Shown here: positions 35,664-48,424 of the stretch, in pieces | Position numbering within the stretch: position 1 is the first letter of the stretch | How the letters are laid out: the number at the start of each line of letters is the position of its first letter | DNA from: Heptranchias perlo | Taxonomy: Eukaryota | Reading direction: 5' to 3' | NCBI RefSeq assembly: GCF_035084215.1 | Contig: NC_090365.1 | Location: forward strand, 9,610,001-9,674,000 | DNA: 64,000 nt | Program-made: the position numbers and the translations under genes | Notes under the pieces: model-generated | Database searches by the model: none | What the model was told of the DNA's origin: nothing | Seen by the model: only the letters and a program-made list of their open reading frames with translations

Positions 35664-36380
35664 TAATCCCACTGCCCCGCTCTCTCTCCATTACCCCGTA
35701 TCAATCCCAAACTAACCCCACTGCCCCGCTGTCTCTCCATTACCCCGTATCAATCCCAAACTAACCCCACTGCCCCGCTCTCTCCCCATAGCCCTGTATC
35801 AATCCCAAACTAACCCCACTGCCCCGCTCTCTCCCCATAGCCCTGTATCAATCCCAAACTAACCCCACTGCCTCGCTCTCTCCCCATAGCCCTGTATCAA
35901 TCCCAAACTAACCCCACTGCCCTGCGCTCTCCCCATTACCCCGTATCAATCCCAAACTAACCCCACTGCCCCGCTCTCTCCCCATAGCCCTGTATCAATC
36001 CCAAACTAACCCCACTGCCCCGCTCTCTCCCCATAGTCCTGTATCAATCCCAAACTAATCGCACTGACCCGCTCTCTCCCCATAGTCCTGTATCAATCCA
36101 AAACTAACCCCACTGCCCCGCTCTCTCCCCATAGCCCTGTATCAATCCCAAACTAACCCCACTGCCCCGCTCTCTCCCCATAGTCCTGTATCAATCCCAA
36201 ACTAACCCCACTGCCCCGCTCTCTCCCCATAGCCCTCTCCCCATAGTCCTGTATCAATCCCAAACTAATCGCACTGACCCGCTCTCTCCCCATAGTCCTG
36301 TATCAATCCAAAACTAATTGCACTGCCCCACTCTCTCCCCATAGCCCAGTATCAGTCCCAAACTAACCCCACTGCCCTGC
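35664..36380. repeat. 49-bp minisatellite (about 14 copies) derived from an antisense CR1 tail
   Basis: Unit CTAACCCCACTGCCCCGCTCTCTCCCCATAGCCCTGTATCAATCCCAAA, period 49, directly preceded by antisense CR1-tail sequence. Confidence 0.9.
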
Positions 36381-36587
36381 TGTTTTATCTTGAAATGTCC
36401 GTGATTTTGCCCCTCAGTCATGGGCACTTGTCTCCAACCAGAAGTCTATCAGGAGCCAAGTTGAGAAACACAGGCACCAAACTGTACAGAGTGTCTAATG
36501 GTGACAACTCAAACATTAAGGTGATTTGCCGATGGAAATATGTGTTCTGGTAAATAAACATTAATTATCCAGATGGAGGGAGCTTAT

Positions 36588-37530
36588 CATATTATAGAAT
36601 CATAGAAATTTACAGGACAGAAGGAGACCATTCGGCCCATCGTGTCTGTGCCGGCCAATAAAGAGACACCCAGCCTAATCCCACTTTCCAGCTCTTGGTC
36701 CGTAGCCTTGCCACTTTCCCTTGGATCCCATGGACTTTTACTTTTCCGACCAGTCTGCCATGTGAGACCTTGTCAAAAGCCTTGCTAAAATCCATGTAGA
36801 CTACATCAAACGCATTACCCTCATCAACCCTCCTTGTTACCTCCTCAAAAAATTCAATCAAGTTAGTCAGACATGACTTCCCCTTAACAAATCCATGCTG
36901 ACTGTCTTTGATTAATCCGTGCCTTTCTAAATGAAGATTAATTCTGTCCCTTGGAATTTTTTCCAATAATTTGCCCACCATCGAGGTTAGGCTGTCTGGC
37001 CTGTAATTACTCGGTCTATCCCTTTCTCCCTTTTTAAACAACAATACAACGTTAGCAGTCCTCCAGTCCTCCGGTTCCATGCCTGTATCTGGGAGGATTG
37101 GAAAATGATGGTCAGAGCCTCCGCTATTTCCTCCCGTACTTTTCTTAACAGCCTGAGATACACGGTAATTTATCTACTTCCAAAGATGCTAAACCCCTTA
37201 ATACTTCCTCTCTCATTATGTTTATCCCATTCAATATTTCATATTCCTCCTCCTTAATGTCTGCATTGTCTCCCTCTTTCTTGAAGACAGACACAAAGTA
37301 TTAAAAACCATACCCACATCTTCCGCCTCCACACACTGGTTACCTTTTTGGTATCTAATAGGCCCTACTCTTTCCTTAGTTATCCTCTTGTTCTTTATGT
37401 ATTTATAAAACATCTTTGGATTTTCCTTTATTTTACTTGCCAATATTTTTTCTTGTCCCCTCTTTGCCTTCCAAATTTCTTTTAATTTAATCCCTGCACT
37501 TACTGTGCTTCTCTAGGCTACCTGCAGTAT
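36588..37530 (-). mobile_element. Internally deleted CR1 LINE fragment
   Basis: ORFs 36610-37080 and 37231-37443 carry CR1 ORF2 motifs (PEDWRTANV, SQHGFVKGKSCLTNL, DFSKAFDKV) joined directly to the tail. Confidence 0.88.
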
Positions 37531-37962
37531 TGAGCTCCTCGACCCTGCCAACCTGGCTTGATACCGGGGGTGGAATTGGAGCGTAACAGGCTCGTAGCCA
37601 GTGGGCAGCCTGTTTTACACCAGTTGTCTCTCCCATTGAAGTCTATATCGGGATGTCCATTCACCGTGAGCCCGTTTTGCGATGCTGGTGTAGGCTAATT
37701 CCAGTGTGTGCCCAGACTGACTGGTAACATGGCTGAAGTGGAAGGAGATTTGGCAAATCTGTTTAATCAGCGTGTGACTGAGGCTTGGACCGGAGTTATA
37801 CTCAAGGGTCCTCTGATGATTTAGGGAAAGTTGGGATTTTCAACAATAGGTGTATTTACTTTTAACGGGGATATATATCGGGGGAGGGGGAGGAGGATGA
37901 GACCTGAGGTGAACCAGGAATGGTTTCACAGTATTCTGTTTCTCCTGTTTGTTTTTTTGTAG

Positions 37963-38034
37963 TCTGGTGAGTGAGCTGGTTTATACAGCGAGGAAGATGA
38001 TGGCAGATGAAGCACTGAGCTGTGGTTTGGTGAG
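37963..38034 (+). CDS. ECH1: ECH1 exon 8
   Basis: SLVSELVYTARKMMADEALSCGLV; donor GTAAGC. Confidence 0.95.
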
Positions 38035-38317
38035 GTAAGCCGCCTGGTTTAATATCAAATGTGAACTAAGTCACCGTGTTTGTGATCAGGCTACTGGGTT
38101 GCAGAGGTGAAGATGCCGGCTTCACCTCACCCATGGTCTTGTCGGCCAGCCCACTCCTGGCCGCTGCTGGAATCCACGGGTCAGACAGATCCATGAGTGT
38201 GTTGCCCGATCAGGAACAGGGCGTGCGTTAACCTCCCCTTGTTGAAGTGGGGCTGAACTAGGTCACACAGAAGCCCATGACTCACTTATCACCTCAAAGA
38301 GTTGGTGCACCTCACCG

Positions 38318-38745
38318 GCAGCTGTGGCTCAGTGGGTAGCACTCTCTCCTCTGAGTCAGAACGTTGTGGGTTCAAGTCCCACTCCAGGAACTTGAACCCA
38401 TAATCTAGGCCGACACTCCCAGTGCAGTACGGAGGGAGTACATTAAACCGAAGCCCCGTCTGCCCTCTCAGGTGGATGTAAAAGATCCCATGGCACTATT
38501 TCGGAGAAGAGCAGGGGAGTTCTCCCCGGTGTCCTGGCCAATATTTGTCCCTCAACCAACATCACTAAAAACAAATTATCTGGTCATTATCACATTGCTG
38601 TTTGTGGGATCTTGCTGTGTGTAAATTGGCTGCTGCGTTTCCTACATTACAACAGTGACCACACCTCAAAAATACTTCATTGGCTGTGAAGTGCTTTGGG
38701 ACGTCCTGAGGTCATGAAAGGCACTATATAAAAGCAAGTTCTATC
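38318..38745 (+). mobile_element. Near full-length tRNA-derived Deu-domain SINE (SacSINE1-like)
   Basis: A box TGGCTCAGTGGG, B box GGTTCAAGTCC, body GATCCCATGGCACTATTT...GTGGGATCTTGCTGTG, L2-like tail; many copies in the window. Family name is from recall. Confidence 0.8.
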
Positions 38746-38965
38746 CATCTATTGGATCTAGTAACACGTCACACGGCTCAGTAACTCTGAAGCCAGCATG
38801 AACGATGGGTGGTACATGGGTGTAATACAGCAGCAGGTCACTACTGGGAGACCCTGATAATCCTGTTCTTCATCTGCATTGCCCACTTGTTCTGAAAGTG
38901 ACTTCTCCTGACTGGTTTCTCCCCACATTGTGCTTGGTGTTGGACGTTATTTGAAAGGTCTAAGG

Positions 38966-39060
38966 TCCCCAGTATGTTGGTGACCACCTGTACAGACCGG
39001 TGTGACACTGAGTTCCCCAGTGTGTTGGTGACCACCTGTACAGACCGGTGTCTCACTGAG
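38966..39060. repeat. 48-bp tandem duplication
   Basis: TCCCCAGTRTGTTGGTGACCACCTGTACAGACCGGTGT...CACTGAG occurs twice. Confidence 0.85.
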
Positions 39061-39718
39061 CAACACACACCAAGTGGATCCTGGGCTTGATCTGTTCTGA
39101 TTTACTTCATCTCAACCGGAGCTGCAGTTTTCCTCGGTGTCCCTGGGCTGGGAAGGGAGAAAATCGGCCGGGATTTCTGCTTGTGATCAGTGGCCTTGCT
39201 GATCAGTGCATGTGTGTGGATTTGGGGTAAGGACAGGATTGTGCTTCACTGTGACGCCACACACGCTCAAATAGCTCACCTAGGCCCACACCGTGAAGAA
39301 CAGCAACTTGGGCAGAGTACTGGAGGTCTGCCTGCCCCTGTCAAACGCCAACACGTTGGAGGGAGGGCGAGGGGAGTTGTCCTCAGTTTTGACCTTTTAC
39401 AGAGATGGAAAGCCCGAGACTTGTGCTGAATTAGCTAATCTCAGCTAGAATGGCAGTGGGCCAGTATGTTTGGCCCCAGTGAACCCAGGAACAGAGAGAG
39501 GATTCCCACTACCATTGACTCCCTCCTGGCAGGGGTATGTGCAAGGATGCCAGATGAGGTTGAGGCCAGACTTGACTATGCAACCCCACCCCCCATTCCA
39601 TAGTTCAACGCACACAGACAGGTGAAGAATGGGCACTGGAGAATTGGCATGACCAGTTGAATCGTGCCCAGCATGAGAAGGGCTAACATCAGACGCTTTT
39701 TCTCCCTCTTGCCCAAAG

Positions 39719-39869
39719 CCGGGTGTTCCAAGACAAAGAAACTGCGTTGGAAGGTGCCTTCGAGATGGCGTCTGAGATAGCCAGCAGGAGCCCAGTGGCT
39801 GTGCAAGGAACCAAACTGAACCTGATCTACTCCAGGGACCACTCTGTTAAGGAGGGCCTGGACTACATT
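39719..39869 (+). CDS. ECH1: ECH1 exon 9
   Basis: RVFQDKETALEGAFEMASEIASRSPVAVQGTKLNLIYSRDHSVKEGLDYI; acceptor AAG, donor GTGAGT. Confidence 0.95.
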
Positions 39870-39918
39870 GTGAGTATGAAGCACACACTAGAGGTTGATG
39901 TGGTAGCTGGGTGGGCAG

Positions 39919-41423
39919 CCAGTTAGCTTAACATCTGTGGTGGGTAAAATTTTGGAGTCTATTATTAAGGAGACAGTAACGGAACATTTAGATAAGCATA
40001 ATTTAATAGGACAAAGTCAGCATGGCTTTATGAAGGGGAAGTCATGTCTGACAAATTTGCTTGAGTTCTTCGAGGATATAACGTATAGGGTGGATAAAGG
40101 GGAACCAGTGGACATAGTGTATTTAGACTTCCAGAAGGCATTCGACAAGGTGCCACATAAAAGATTATTACTTAAGATAAAAAATCACGGGATTGGGGGT
40201 AATATTCTGGCATGGGTGGAGGATTGGTTATCGAACAGGAAGCAGAGAGTTGGGATAAATGGTTCATTTTCGGACTGGCAACCAGTAACCAGTGGTGTTC
40301 CACAGGGGTCAGTGCTGGGTCCCCAAATCTTTACAATCTATATTAACGATTTGGAGGAGGGGACCGAGTGCAACATATCAAAATTTGCAGATGATACAAA
40401 GATGGGAGGGAAAGTAGAGAGTGAGGAGGACATAAAAAACCTGCAAGGGGATATAGACAGGCTGGGTGAGTGGGCGGAGATTTGGCAGATGCAATATAAT
40501 ATTGGAAAATGTGAGGTTATGCACTTTGGCAGGAAAAATCAGAGAGCAAGTTATTTTCTTAATGGCGAGAGACTGGAAAGTACTGCAGTACAAAGGGATC
40601 TGGGGGTCCTCGTGCAAGAAAATCAAAAAGTTGGTATGCAGGTGCAGCAGGTGATCAAGAAAGCCAACGGAATGTTGGCTTTTATTGCTAGGGGGATAGA
40701 ATATAAAAACAAGGAGGTATTGCTGCAGTTATATAAGGTATTGGTGAGACCGCACCTGGAATACTGCATACAGTTTTGGTCTCCATACTTAAGAAAAGAC
40801 ATACTTGCTCTCGAGGCAGTACAAAGAAGGTTCACTCGGTTAATCCCGGGGATGAGGGGGCGGACATATGAGGAGAGGTTGAGTAGATTGGGACTCTACT
40901 CATTGGAGTTCAGAAGAATGAGAGGCGATCTTATTGAAACATATAAGATTGTGAAGGGTCTTCATCGGGTGGATGCAGTAAGGATGTTCCCAAAGATGGG
41001 TGAAACTAGAACTAGGGGGCATAATCTTAGAATAAGGGGCTGCTCTTTCAAAACTGAGATGAGGAGAAACTTCTTCACTCAGAGGGTGGTAGGTCTGTGG
41101 AATTTGCTGCCCCAGGAAGCTGTGGAAGCTACATCATTAGATAAATTTAAAACAGAAATAGACAGTTTCCTAGAAGTAAAGGGAATTAGGGGTTATGGGG
41201 AGCGGGCAGGAAATTGGACATGAAGCTGAGTTCGGATCGGTCAATGCCCTGTGGGTGGCGGAGAGGGCCCAGGGGCTGTGTGGCCGGGTCCTGCTCCGAC
41301 TTCTTGTGTTCTTTAGATTTGTGGTTGGGATCAGATCAGCCATGATCTTATTGAATGGCGGAGCAGGCTCGAGGGGCCGATTGGCCTACTCCTGCTCCAA
41401 TTTCTTATGTTCTTATGTTCTTA
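39919..41423 (+). mobile_element. Young 5'-truncated CR1 LINE with uninterrupted RT C-terminal ORF (39937-41223)
   Basis: QHGFMKGKSCLTNL, DFQKAFDKV, GVPQGSVLGP, FADD, LVRPHLEYC motifs; ends in (TTCTTATG)n. Confidence 0.95.
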
Positions 41424-41839
41424 GAAACCCCCTCGGCTGGTGTCTGAGCCATTGAAGATTTGCATGTGGAATTTCCACACCAAAGGGATGGTGTTTTAGA
41501 TTATACCATGAACGCCATGAATTAAGAAACATTGACCTTATTCTGCTTGGTAATCAACATTGCCGCATGAAATCCCCGCAGGGGGCCCCGGGGAAAAGGC
41601 CAAGAACGGCCATTTATTCCCTTACTCCGTGGGGGTTTCACCAATCTCCCGCCAAAGTTGCTTCAAGAGATCGGGAGAACGCTGTGGAAATTCAAGGTCT
41701 AAAGAATAACATATATTTTGAAAGCTGAAAGGGCCTTTTAGTCTCAAAGGGTCAACAGGAACTAGAACAGACCTTTCCTCTCTACTAAGAATTGACCTCC
41801 CTGTCTCCACCCACCTCTTTGAAGCAAGTGCTTGATGGA

Positions 41840-42385
41840 TACAGATCCCATGGCACTATTTCGAAGAAGAGCAGGGGGAGTTCTCCCCGATATCCTGGCC
41901 AATATTTATCCCTCAACCAACGTCATTTAAAAAAAATAGGTTATCTGGCCATTTATCACATTGCTGTTTGTGGGATCTTGCTGTGCGCAAATTGGCTGCC
42001 CCGTTTCCTACATTACAACGATGACTACACTTCAAAAGTACTTCATTGGCTGTAAAGCATTTTGAGATGTTCTGAGGTCGTGAAAGGCGCTATATAAATG
42101 CAGGTCTGTCTTTTATTAGCCCAGCACCTCTGGCAAGTCTTCTGAATTTTTGAAACTTAGAATATCGTGTACCTCCATCCGTTGTGTTCTGCCCCCAGGG
42201 CAGATCCTGACTCCAGATTATCTGCTCATTATCACATTGCTGTTTGTGGGACCTTGCTGTGCGCAAATTGGCTGCCACGGTTCCTACATTACATCAGTGA
42301 CCAAGCTTTAAAAGTACTTCATTGGCAGTAAAGCGCTTTGGGACGTGCGGAGGTTGTGAAAGGCGCTATATAAATGCAAGTCATC
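41840..42385 (+). mobile_element. Two Deu-type SINE 3' fragments
   Basis: Match about 38485-38745. Confidence 0.75.
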
Positions 42386-43171
42386 GTCCTTCATCAAGCT
42401 ACACGATGCCTCACCTGTGAAGGTTGTGTGCCTTTAACCCTTGGGTGGCACTGGGAAAGTCTATGCTCCGTTCAGCTGGCATTGTTCCGATATCACCTCA
42501 CACATGGTGGCACTAAGAAAAATAACGAGAGTGATAATGTCACTCAGGACACTCTTAGCCGATCTCCTGTGGCATGTCTCATGGATAGTCTGAGGTCTGA
42601 GCACAGTTGCTTGGTTTAGCTTCTCACATGGCCTGTCCCTTTAAGGCCATTGCCCAGGCACTCCCAGTGGGGAAGTGGTTCCAGTCGATCCTGAGGTCAC
42701 TCAGAGTTCAATTGCTGTTTGAGGAAAGTTTGCAGATGCTTGTAAATTTTCAGCTGCAGCTCAGGATAAAAAGGACACCTTTTTGAAAACTTTGATGCAG
42801 AAACTTTTATATAAATAAATAAATATTTAAACAAAAATAGTCTTAAGACCTCAGCTGCCCTGCCCTCTTGTTAGTTTTCCTCCATTCTCTCTATCTTCCC
42901 CCAAGATTCTCTCTCATTTATTTTCACATTTCTTTTTTGGTTGATGTCTTCCTCGCTCGTGCATCTCCCGTGGCATTGCTCGCAGGGATAACATTGAAAG
43001 ATAGGGTTTTTTTGGGGGGTGGGGGGTTGGGGGAGAGCATTTTACAGCTCTATACATCGACGCTCCTCACACACTGCCGTGGTCATTGTCCACCCTGCGT
43101 ACTCTCTCGGGATTTCCTATTTGTGTACGAGGAGCAAGATTCACCGAGATCATCTCCTTGTTTCTCTTCAG

Positions 43172-43276
43172 GCTACATGGAACATGTCGATGCTGCAAAC
43201 GGAAGACATTATAAAGTCAGCTCAGGCCGCGATGGAGAAGAAGTCCCCCAAAGATGTGCCTTACTCCAAACTGTAA
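43172..43276 (+). CDS. ECH1: ECH1 exon 10 (last coding exon, PTS1)
   Basis: ATWNMSMLQTEDIIKSAQAAMEKKSPKDVPYSKL-stop; candidate ATTAAA at 43486. Confidence 0.95.
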   Translation, partial: ATWNMSMLQTEDIIKSAQAAMEKKSPKDVPYSKL

Positions 43277-43569
43277 TGGAAAAGAGTCTCGCAATATCTC
43301 CTTCTGATGAATGATTTATTTTTAATTATTCAATTTATCAAATATTTGTGTACAAAAATCAGTTATTTACCATTGAGATAAATGTTATATTGGATCATTT
43401 TGGCGTCCATTGATTTTATTTACTTGCAGTTTTTGAATTTGCAGTCTTACCACGGTGATCATGTAAAAGTCGTTCTGTTTAGCGCATTAAAGGTTAAATC
43501 ACGCGTAGTAACGTAAGTGTGAATTGGAATGGAAATGTGTGATCCGTCCAAATCCATATACGGTGTCTT

Positions 43570-43775
43570 GCCTATATTTATCCCTCAACCAACATTACTA
43601 AAAAATATACATTATCTGGTCAATATTTAATTGTTGTTTGTGGGATCTTGCTGTGCGCAAATTGGCTGCTGCGTTTCCCACCTTACGACACTTCAAAAGT
43701 ACTTCATTGGCTGTGAAATGCTTTGGGACGTCCTGAGGTGGTTAAAGTTGCTGTATAAATGCAAGTTCTTTCTTA
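43570..43775 (+). mobile_element. Deu-type SINE 3' fragment
   Basis: Matches about 38540-38745. Confidence 0.7.
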
Positions 43776-44129
43776 CAGCACTCACTCTGACCGTTTCTAG
43801 CTCTTTAAATTAAGCTTCTACCCACCCCCCCCCGACTCAAATTAACCAAGAATTGGTCCATATATTTTTACTACTTTTAATCTTTCTTCCCTGTTCTGGG
43901 TATGACGCCCTTTTGTTTTAATTCATTTTCTGAACATGTGAGCATCTTGCCTCCACTCCACGTCTTGGCCAATGCAGCTCACGAGCAACTGGGTGGAGGA
44001 GCTCAAAAGGCCCTGGTGATCGATTGTCATGGAGGCAGGGGGTGACCAAAAGTTTGGTCAAAGAGGTAGACCAGTGGAATTTGCAAAGAAAGACAGTGAT
44101 TTCGCAGTTTTCAAACTGTTCTGTCCCTT

Positions 44130-44450
44130 AACTCCAAGAACTCTGCGTTCCTCCAATTCTGGCCCCTTGTAGATACCCCAGACCCCTTCGCTCCACCATT
44201 GGCGGCCGTGCCTTCAGCTGTCTAGGCCCTAAGCTCTGGAATTCCCTTCCTAAATCTCTCCCTCTCTCTGCCTCTCCTCCTTTTAAGACGCTCCTTAAAA
44301 CCTACCTCTTTGACCAAGCTTTTGGTAACCTGTCTTAATATCTCATTATGTGGCTCGGTGTCAAATTTTGTTTGATAGTTGCTCCTGTGAAGCACCATGG
44401 GACGTTTTACTACGTTAAAGGCGCTATATAAATGAAGTTGTTGTTGTAAT
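44130..44450 (+). mobile_element. L2 LINE 3' end
   Basis: Same tail as 29715-30055, ending GGCGCTATATAAATGAAG(TTG)n. Confidence 0.78.
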
Positions 44451-45407
44451 TGGAAATCTGGGGCTGTGGATGTGTGTCTGCCAGTTACCCTGGCGCCATG
44501 TGTAACTCCTTCATTCTGTAGCAGTGATCTACGACCAATTTGGGAAAGAGATAAGACAAAACACAACATTTCTTAATGCCCCTATGATTTTTCTCCTGGT
44601 TTGCTCTCAGCAGTGTCGAGGAAATTATTCCTTAATTCCTGAAGACTCAAGGACAATCCTGGAGGGCTGGCAACATTAATTTGATATTATTTCTCCCCCT
44701 CGCCCCCAGATTTATTTCTTTTTTAATCTCCTCAACCCCTTCCCTTCCCACGCTGGAGTGTCATCTGATGGCTGTTTTCTTCTATCTTGCTCTTGTGAAT
44801 CTAACTGCGTGTGTTAACAGCCTACATTGGGGAGGGACGTTGCAACCAAGCTTGATCCTGCTCTCATTTGAAATCCACTTCCCGCTGGACGGCAGTCGGG
44901 AGCAGAAAACCATGGCTGGACTTAGCCCCTCCTTAGTCTCTTCATTGTTAAAGTACCTACTCCTGCTTTGCACACCCATGCTGCCTATATACAAGTTTTC
45001 CAAGCTCACTGCCTTGGCATTGTGTTGTTCTCAGTATTGGCCAGGACAATACCAAACCAGGTGGGTCTGATCCATGGGACATTTGGTGGTTGTAATCCAT
45101 TGGCAAAGATGATGTGGCTACTTTAGAATTGGTGTGCCGTAGCCAACACCACCCAAAGTTACCATAAAAATTATTGATTGTGTAAACCTCCTCTCATTAT
45201 CCCACCCAAAATCACAAGGCTTCGAATGATTTTAATTGTGATTTGTTGCTCCTTTAAGCCCGTACTTTGTATGTTTGCCTTTCTGGTGAGGTTTTTGGAT
45301 GCTTTGATCCTTTAGTAAACCATCCGCTGTAATGTACTTTGGATCCCGAGATCTCGTGTTAGTTGACTGTACAACTTTAATCGATGGCTGTGTGTGTAAG
45401 TGTGTAC

Positions 45408-45466
45408 CTTTACTCCTGACCAGTGCCCTTTACTACTGACCAGTGCCCTTTACTACTGACCAGTGC
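45408..45466. repeat. 20-bp tandem repeat, 3 copies
   Basis: CCTTTACTACTGACCAGTGC-like unit three times. Confidence 0.85.
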
Positions 45467-46207
45467 TTACGCCGCAGTGTAATTAGGGCCATTACCACTT
45501 TCCTTGGTTATAATCAAAGTAAAATAAGCTGCTGGGGTAAACGGGATTCATGTCTCACCGATTGTGACTGCTTTCTTTGTGAACAGTTTGGTAAGTCCTA
45601 CATCTGTATTTGTATATTATTAAAAGGTGCTATCTAAATTAATGTTCTCTCTTTAAGAGTGCAAGATACAGCTAATTTGATAATTGGCAGTCTTTATTTT
45701 GAGATGGCAGTGCCAAATTCCACAGGACTCAAATAACTACTGAAATTTATCAAGTTCTATTCTGTCCACGTGATAGGACAATGTACTGCTCACATTCAAA
45801 CAAGAAATCTGTATTCCAATTCCAATTTGTGTGGGGGAATATGAAAGAAAAGAACAGTAACTTCATGATGCAGATAGAATTCCAAAATCAGTAGGAGGCC
45901 TAAGTTGGGGGCAGCCTACTGGCCATACCTTATGTGATGTGGCTGTTCGACTGTTAGTGTCTGGGGTCAACTGTTTAAGTCAGAAATTTAAGATTACAAG
46001 AATATAAATGTTCAAGTGGACATTATTTGAATTTGTAAAGCACAAAGTTAAGATCCTGAGGGGTTAGAAGGAGATAAATTGATTTGAATTCCCAATCCCT
46101 TTCTCACAAAACCAGATACCTTGTACTGGCAGAATGACAGCAAATGGAAACTAAGGTCATAGTAGAATTTGATGGATGTATACTTCTTCTCAAGAGGGAA
46201 ACAAATA

Positions 46208-46590
46208 TGTCAGCTTGGCTCAGTAGGTAGCACCTTGCCTCTGAATCAGAACATTGTGGGTTCAAGCTCCACTGCAGGAATTGAACACATAATCTAGGCT
46301 GATATCACAGTGCACCGTTGCATTGTCAGAGGTTAAACTGAGATCCTGTATCCTGGTTCAGGTGGATGTTAAAGATCCTACAGCACTATTTGAACAGGGA
46401 GTTCTCCCAGTGTCTTGGCCAACACTTCTCCATCACCCCAAAAAGAAAATTAACTGGCCATTCATCTCTTTGTGAGATCTTGCTGGGTGCAAAGTGACTG
46501 CAGTGTTTGTCTATATATATTGTATTTCAAACTGAAGCATTGTATGTAATGCACTTTGGGATGTTTCTGACATGTGATAAAGCACTAAAT
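46208..46590 (+). mobile_element. Diverged full-length Deu-type SINE
   Basis: A box TGGCTCAGTAGG, B box GGTTCAAGCTCC, body similar to 38318. Confidence 0.7.
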
Positions 46591-48424
46591 TTGTACTTTT
46601 TTCTCTCTTTTTCCAGGAACAAAAACTGTTTAAAAATAAAAAAGGGAAAGAACCAATTGGATAAATCATATGTGACAACTTTACATATGGCAAGGATTCA
46701 AGCTAAGATCACCGTGGATAAAACTTTCAATTTGTTTTATAAGGTCAGTTGTAACGTTCTCAGCTCTCAGCCTAAACTAACTCCTGGTAATATAGTAACA
46801 GTTTCAGGCAGGAGAAGCCCTTTGCTCCATCTAGCCCACCTATCATATTAGGTACAGCACAGGAAGAGGCCATTTGGCCCTTCATGCCTATGCCAGCTCT
46901 TGAAAGAGCTATCCAATTAGCCCCACTCCCCTGCTCTTTCCCCATAGCCCTGTAATTTTTTTCCCTGTCCACGGTATTCCCCGTGGTGAATATCCAATAA
47001 CCCTGAATCCCATTTGTTGACAATAACCTGTCTAGTTCCTTCTTGAAACCCATTAAGGTTTCTTATTCCACCACCCGCACTGGTAAACTGTTTCACATAC
47101 TGACCACCCTTTCAGTAAAAAAAAAGTTCCTCCTGCATTTCCTGTGTTGAGTACAGAATATTTTAATGATGTTATCACGTTTTGTTATAATCAACTTCCA
47201 CTTTGTTTTTAACCAAAATCGGCACTGCTGTATGGATGATATTAAAGAACATAGACAGTTGGTCACCGTGTCAGAGAACCATGCAAGTTTACAGCACAGA
47301 AGGAGGCCATTTGGCTCATCATGTGTGCACCAGCTCTTTGCCAGAGCAATCCAAAACTAATCCCACTGTCCTGCTCTCTCCCCATTAACCTGTATCAATG
47401 TCAAATTAATCCCACTGCCCCACTCATACATACGAACATATGAATTAAGAGTAGGAGTAGGCCATTCGGCCCCTCGAGCCTGCTCTGCCACTTGATAAGA
47501 TCATGGCTGATCTGCTTGTGACCTCAACCCTACTTTCCCATCTACCTACTATAACCTTTGACTCCCTTGTCAATCAGGAATCTATCTAACTCAGCCTTAA
47601 AAAAAAACACTGCAGTCACTTTGCATCCAGCAAGATCCCACAAGTATAAAAATATACTCTCTCCCCATTACCCTGTATCAATGTCAAACTAATCCCACTG
47701 CTCCACTCTCTCCCCATAGCCCTCAAATATTTATCTATTTTTCCCTTAAAAGATGCAATAGTTTCTATTGACAACAGATTTATGAGGAAAATGATTGTGA
47801 AAATCTATTTAAACATGCGTTTACTTTTCAGAGTGAGATATATTAAAATAGGCCACTTTTCAAAAATTGTTTCACAAAGATAACAAGTTTTAAACTAAGC
47901 TTGGTGAGATATCTCAAAGGCATGGGGGACATCCAAAATTTCCTATGACTTTCTTGGTGCCGTCAGAGCTGGCACCAACCAAAGTCTTCTTACTGAGCGC
48001 AAAGCTGGTTTCTGTTCAACCTTAGCCTTTCGTAACCAGAGGGCACTGCAGAGAATAGTGTCATAGGAACTGGAGTAGGCCATTCAGCCCCTCGAGTCTG
48101 TTCCACCAGTCAGTTAGATCATGGCTGATCTGTATATTAACTCCATCTACCCCCCCTTGGTTCTGTAACCCTCAATAATCTATCAATCGCAGATTGTCTG
48201 ATAGAGAGGAACAATGTTATGACTTAATTTTATGTTTCCTTTTGTTATGTTGAAAAGAACATTTTATGTTTTAAGTTTCTTTATTAGTTGTGCCCCTTTG
48301 GGGGACACGTGTAAATTTGTTGTTCTTTGTTGATGACAACCCAGTATCATCCTTATGGACAATTTCTAGCCACCTGCCCTTTATATGTGCAATCTGGCTG
48401 GCTTCTCCTTGATTGACATTTGAA

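Larger units (their letters stand above)
25698..43276 (+). other. ECH1: ECH1 gene span, delta(3,5)-delta(2,4)-dienoyl-CoA isomerase, 10 exons, 942 nt CDS, 313 aa
   Basis: In-frame exon chain with crotonase-fold motifs (LNRPEKRNAMN, FTAGIDL, CIGGGVDL, KEVDIGMAADVGTLQRLPK) and C-terminal SKL; lies next to HNRNPL as in mammals. Confidence 0.95.
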
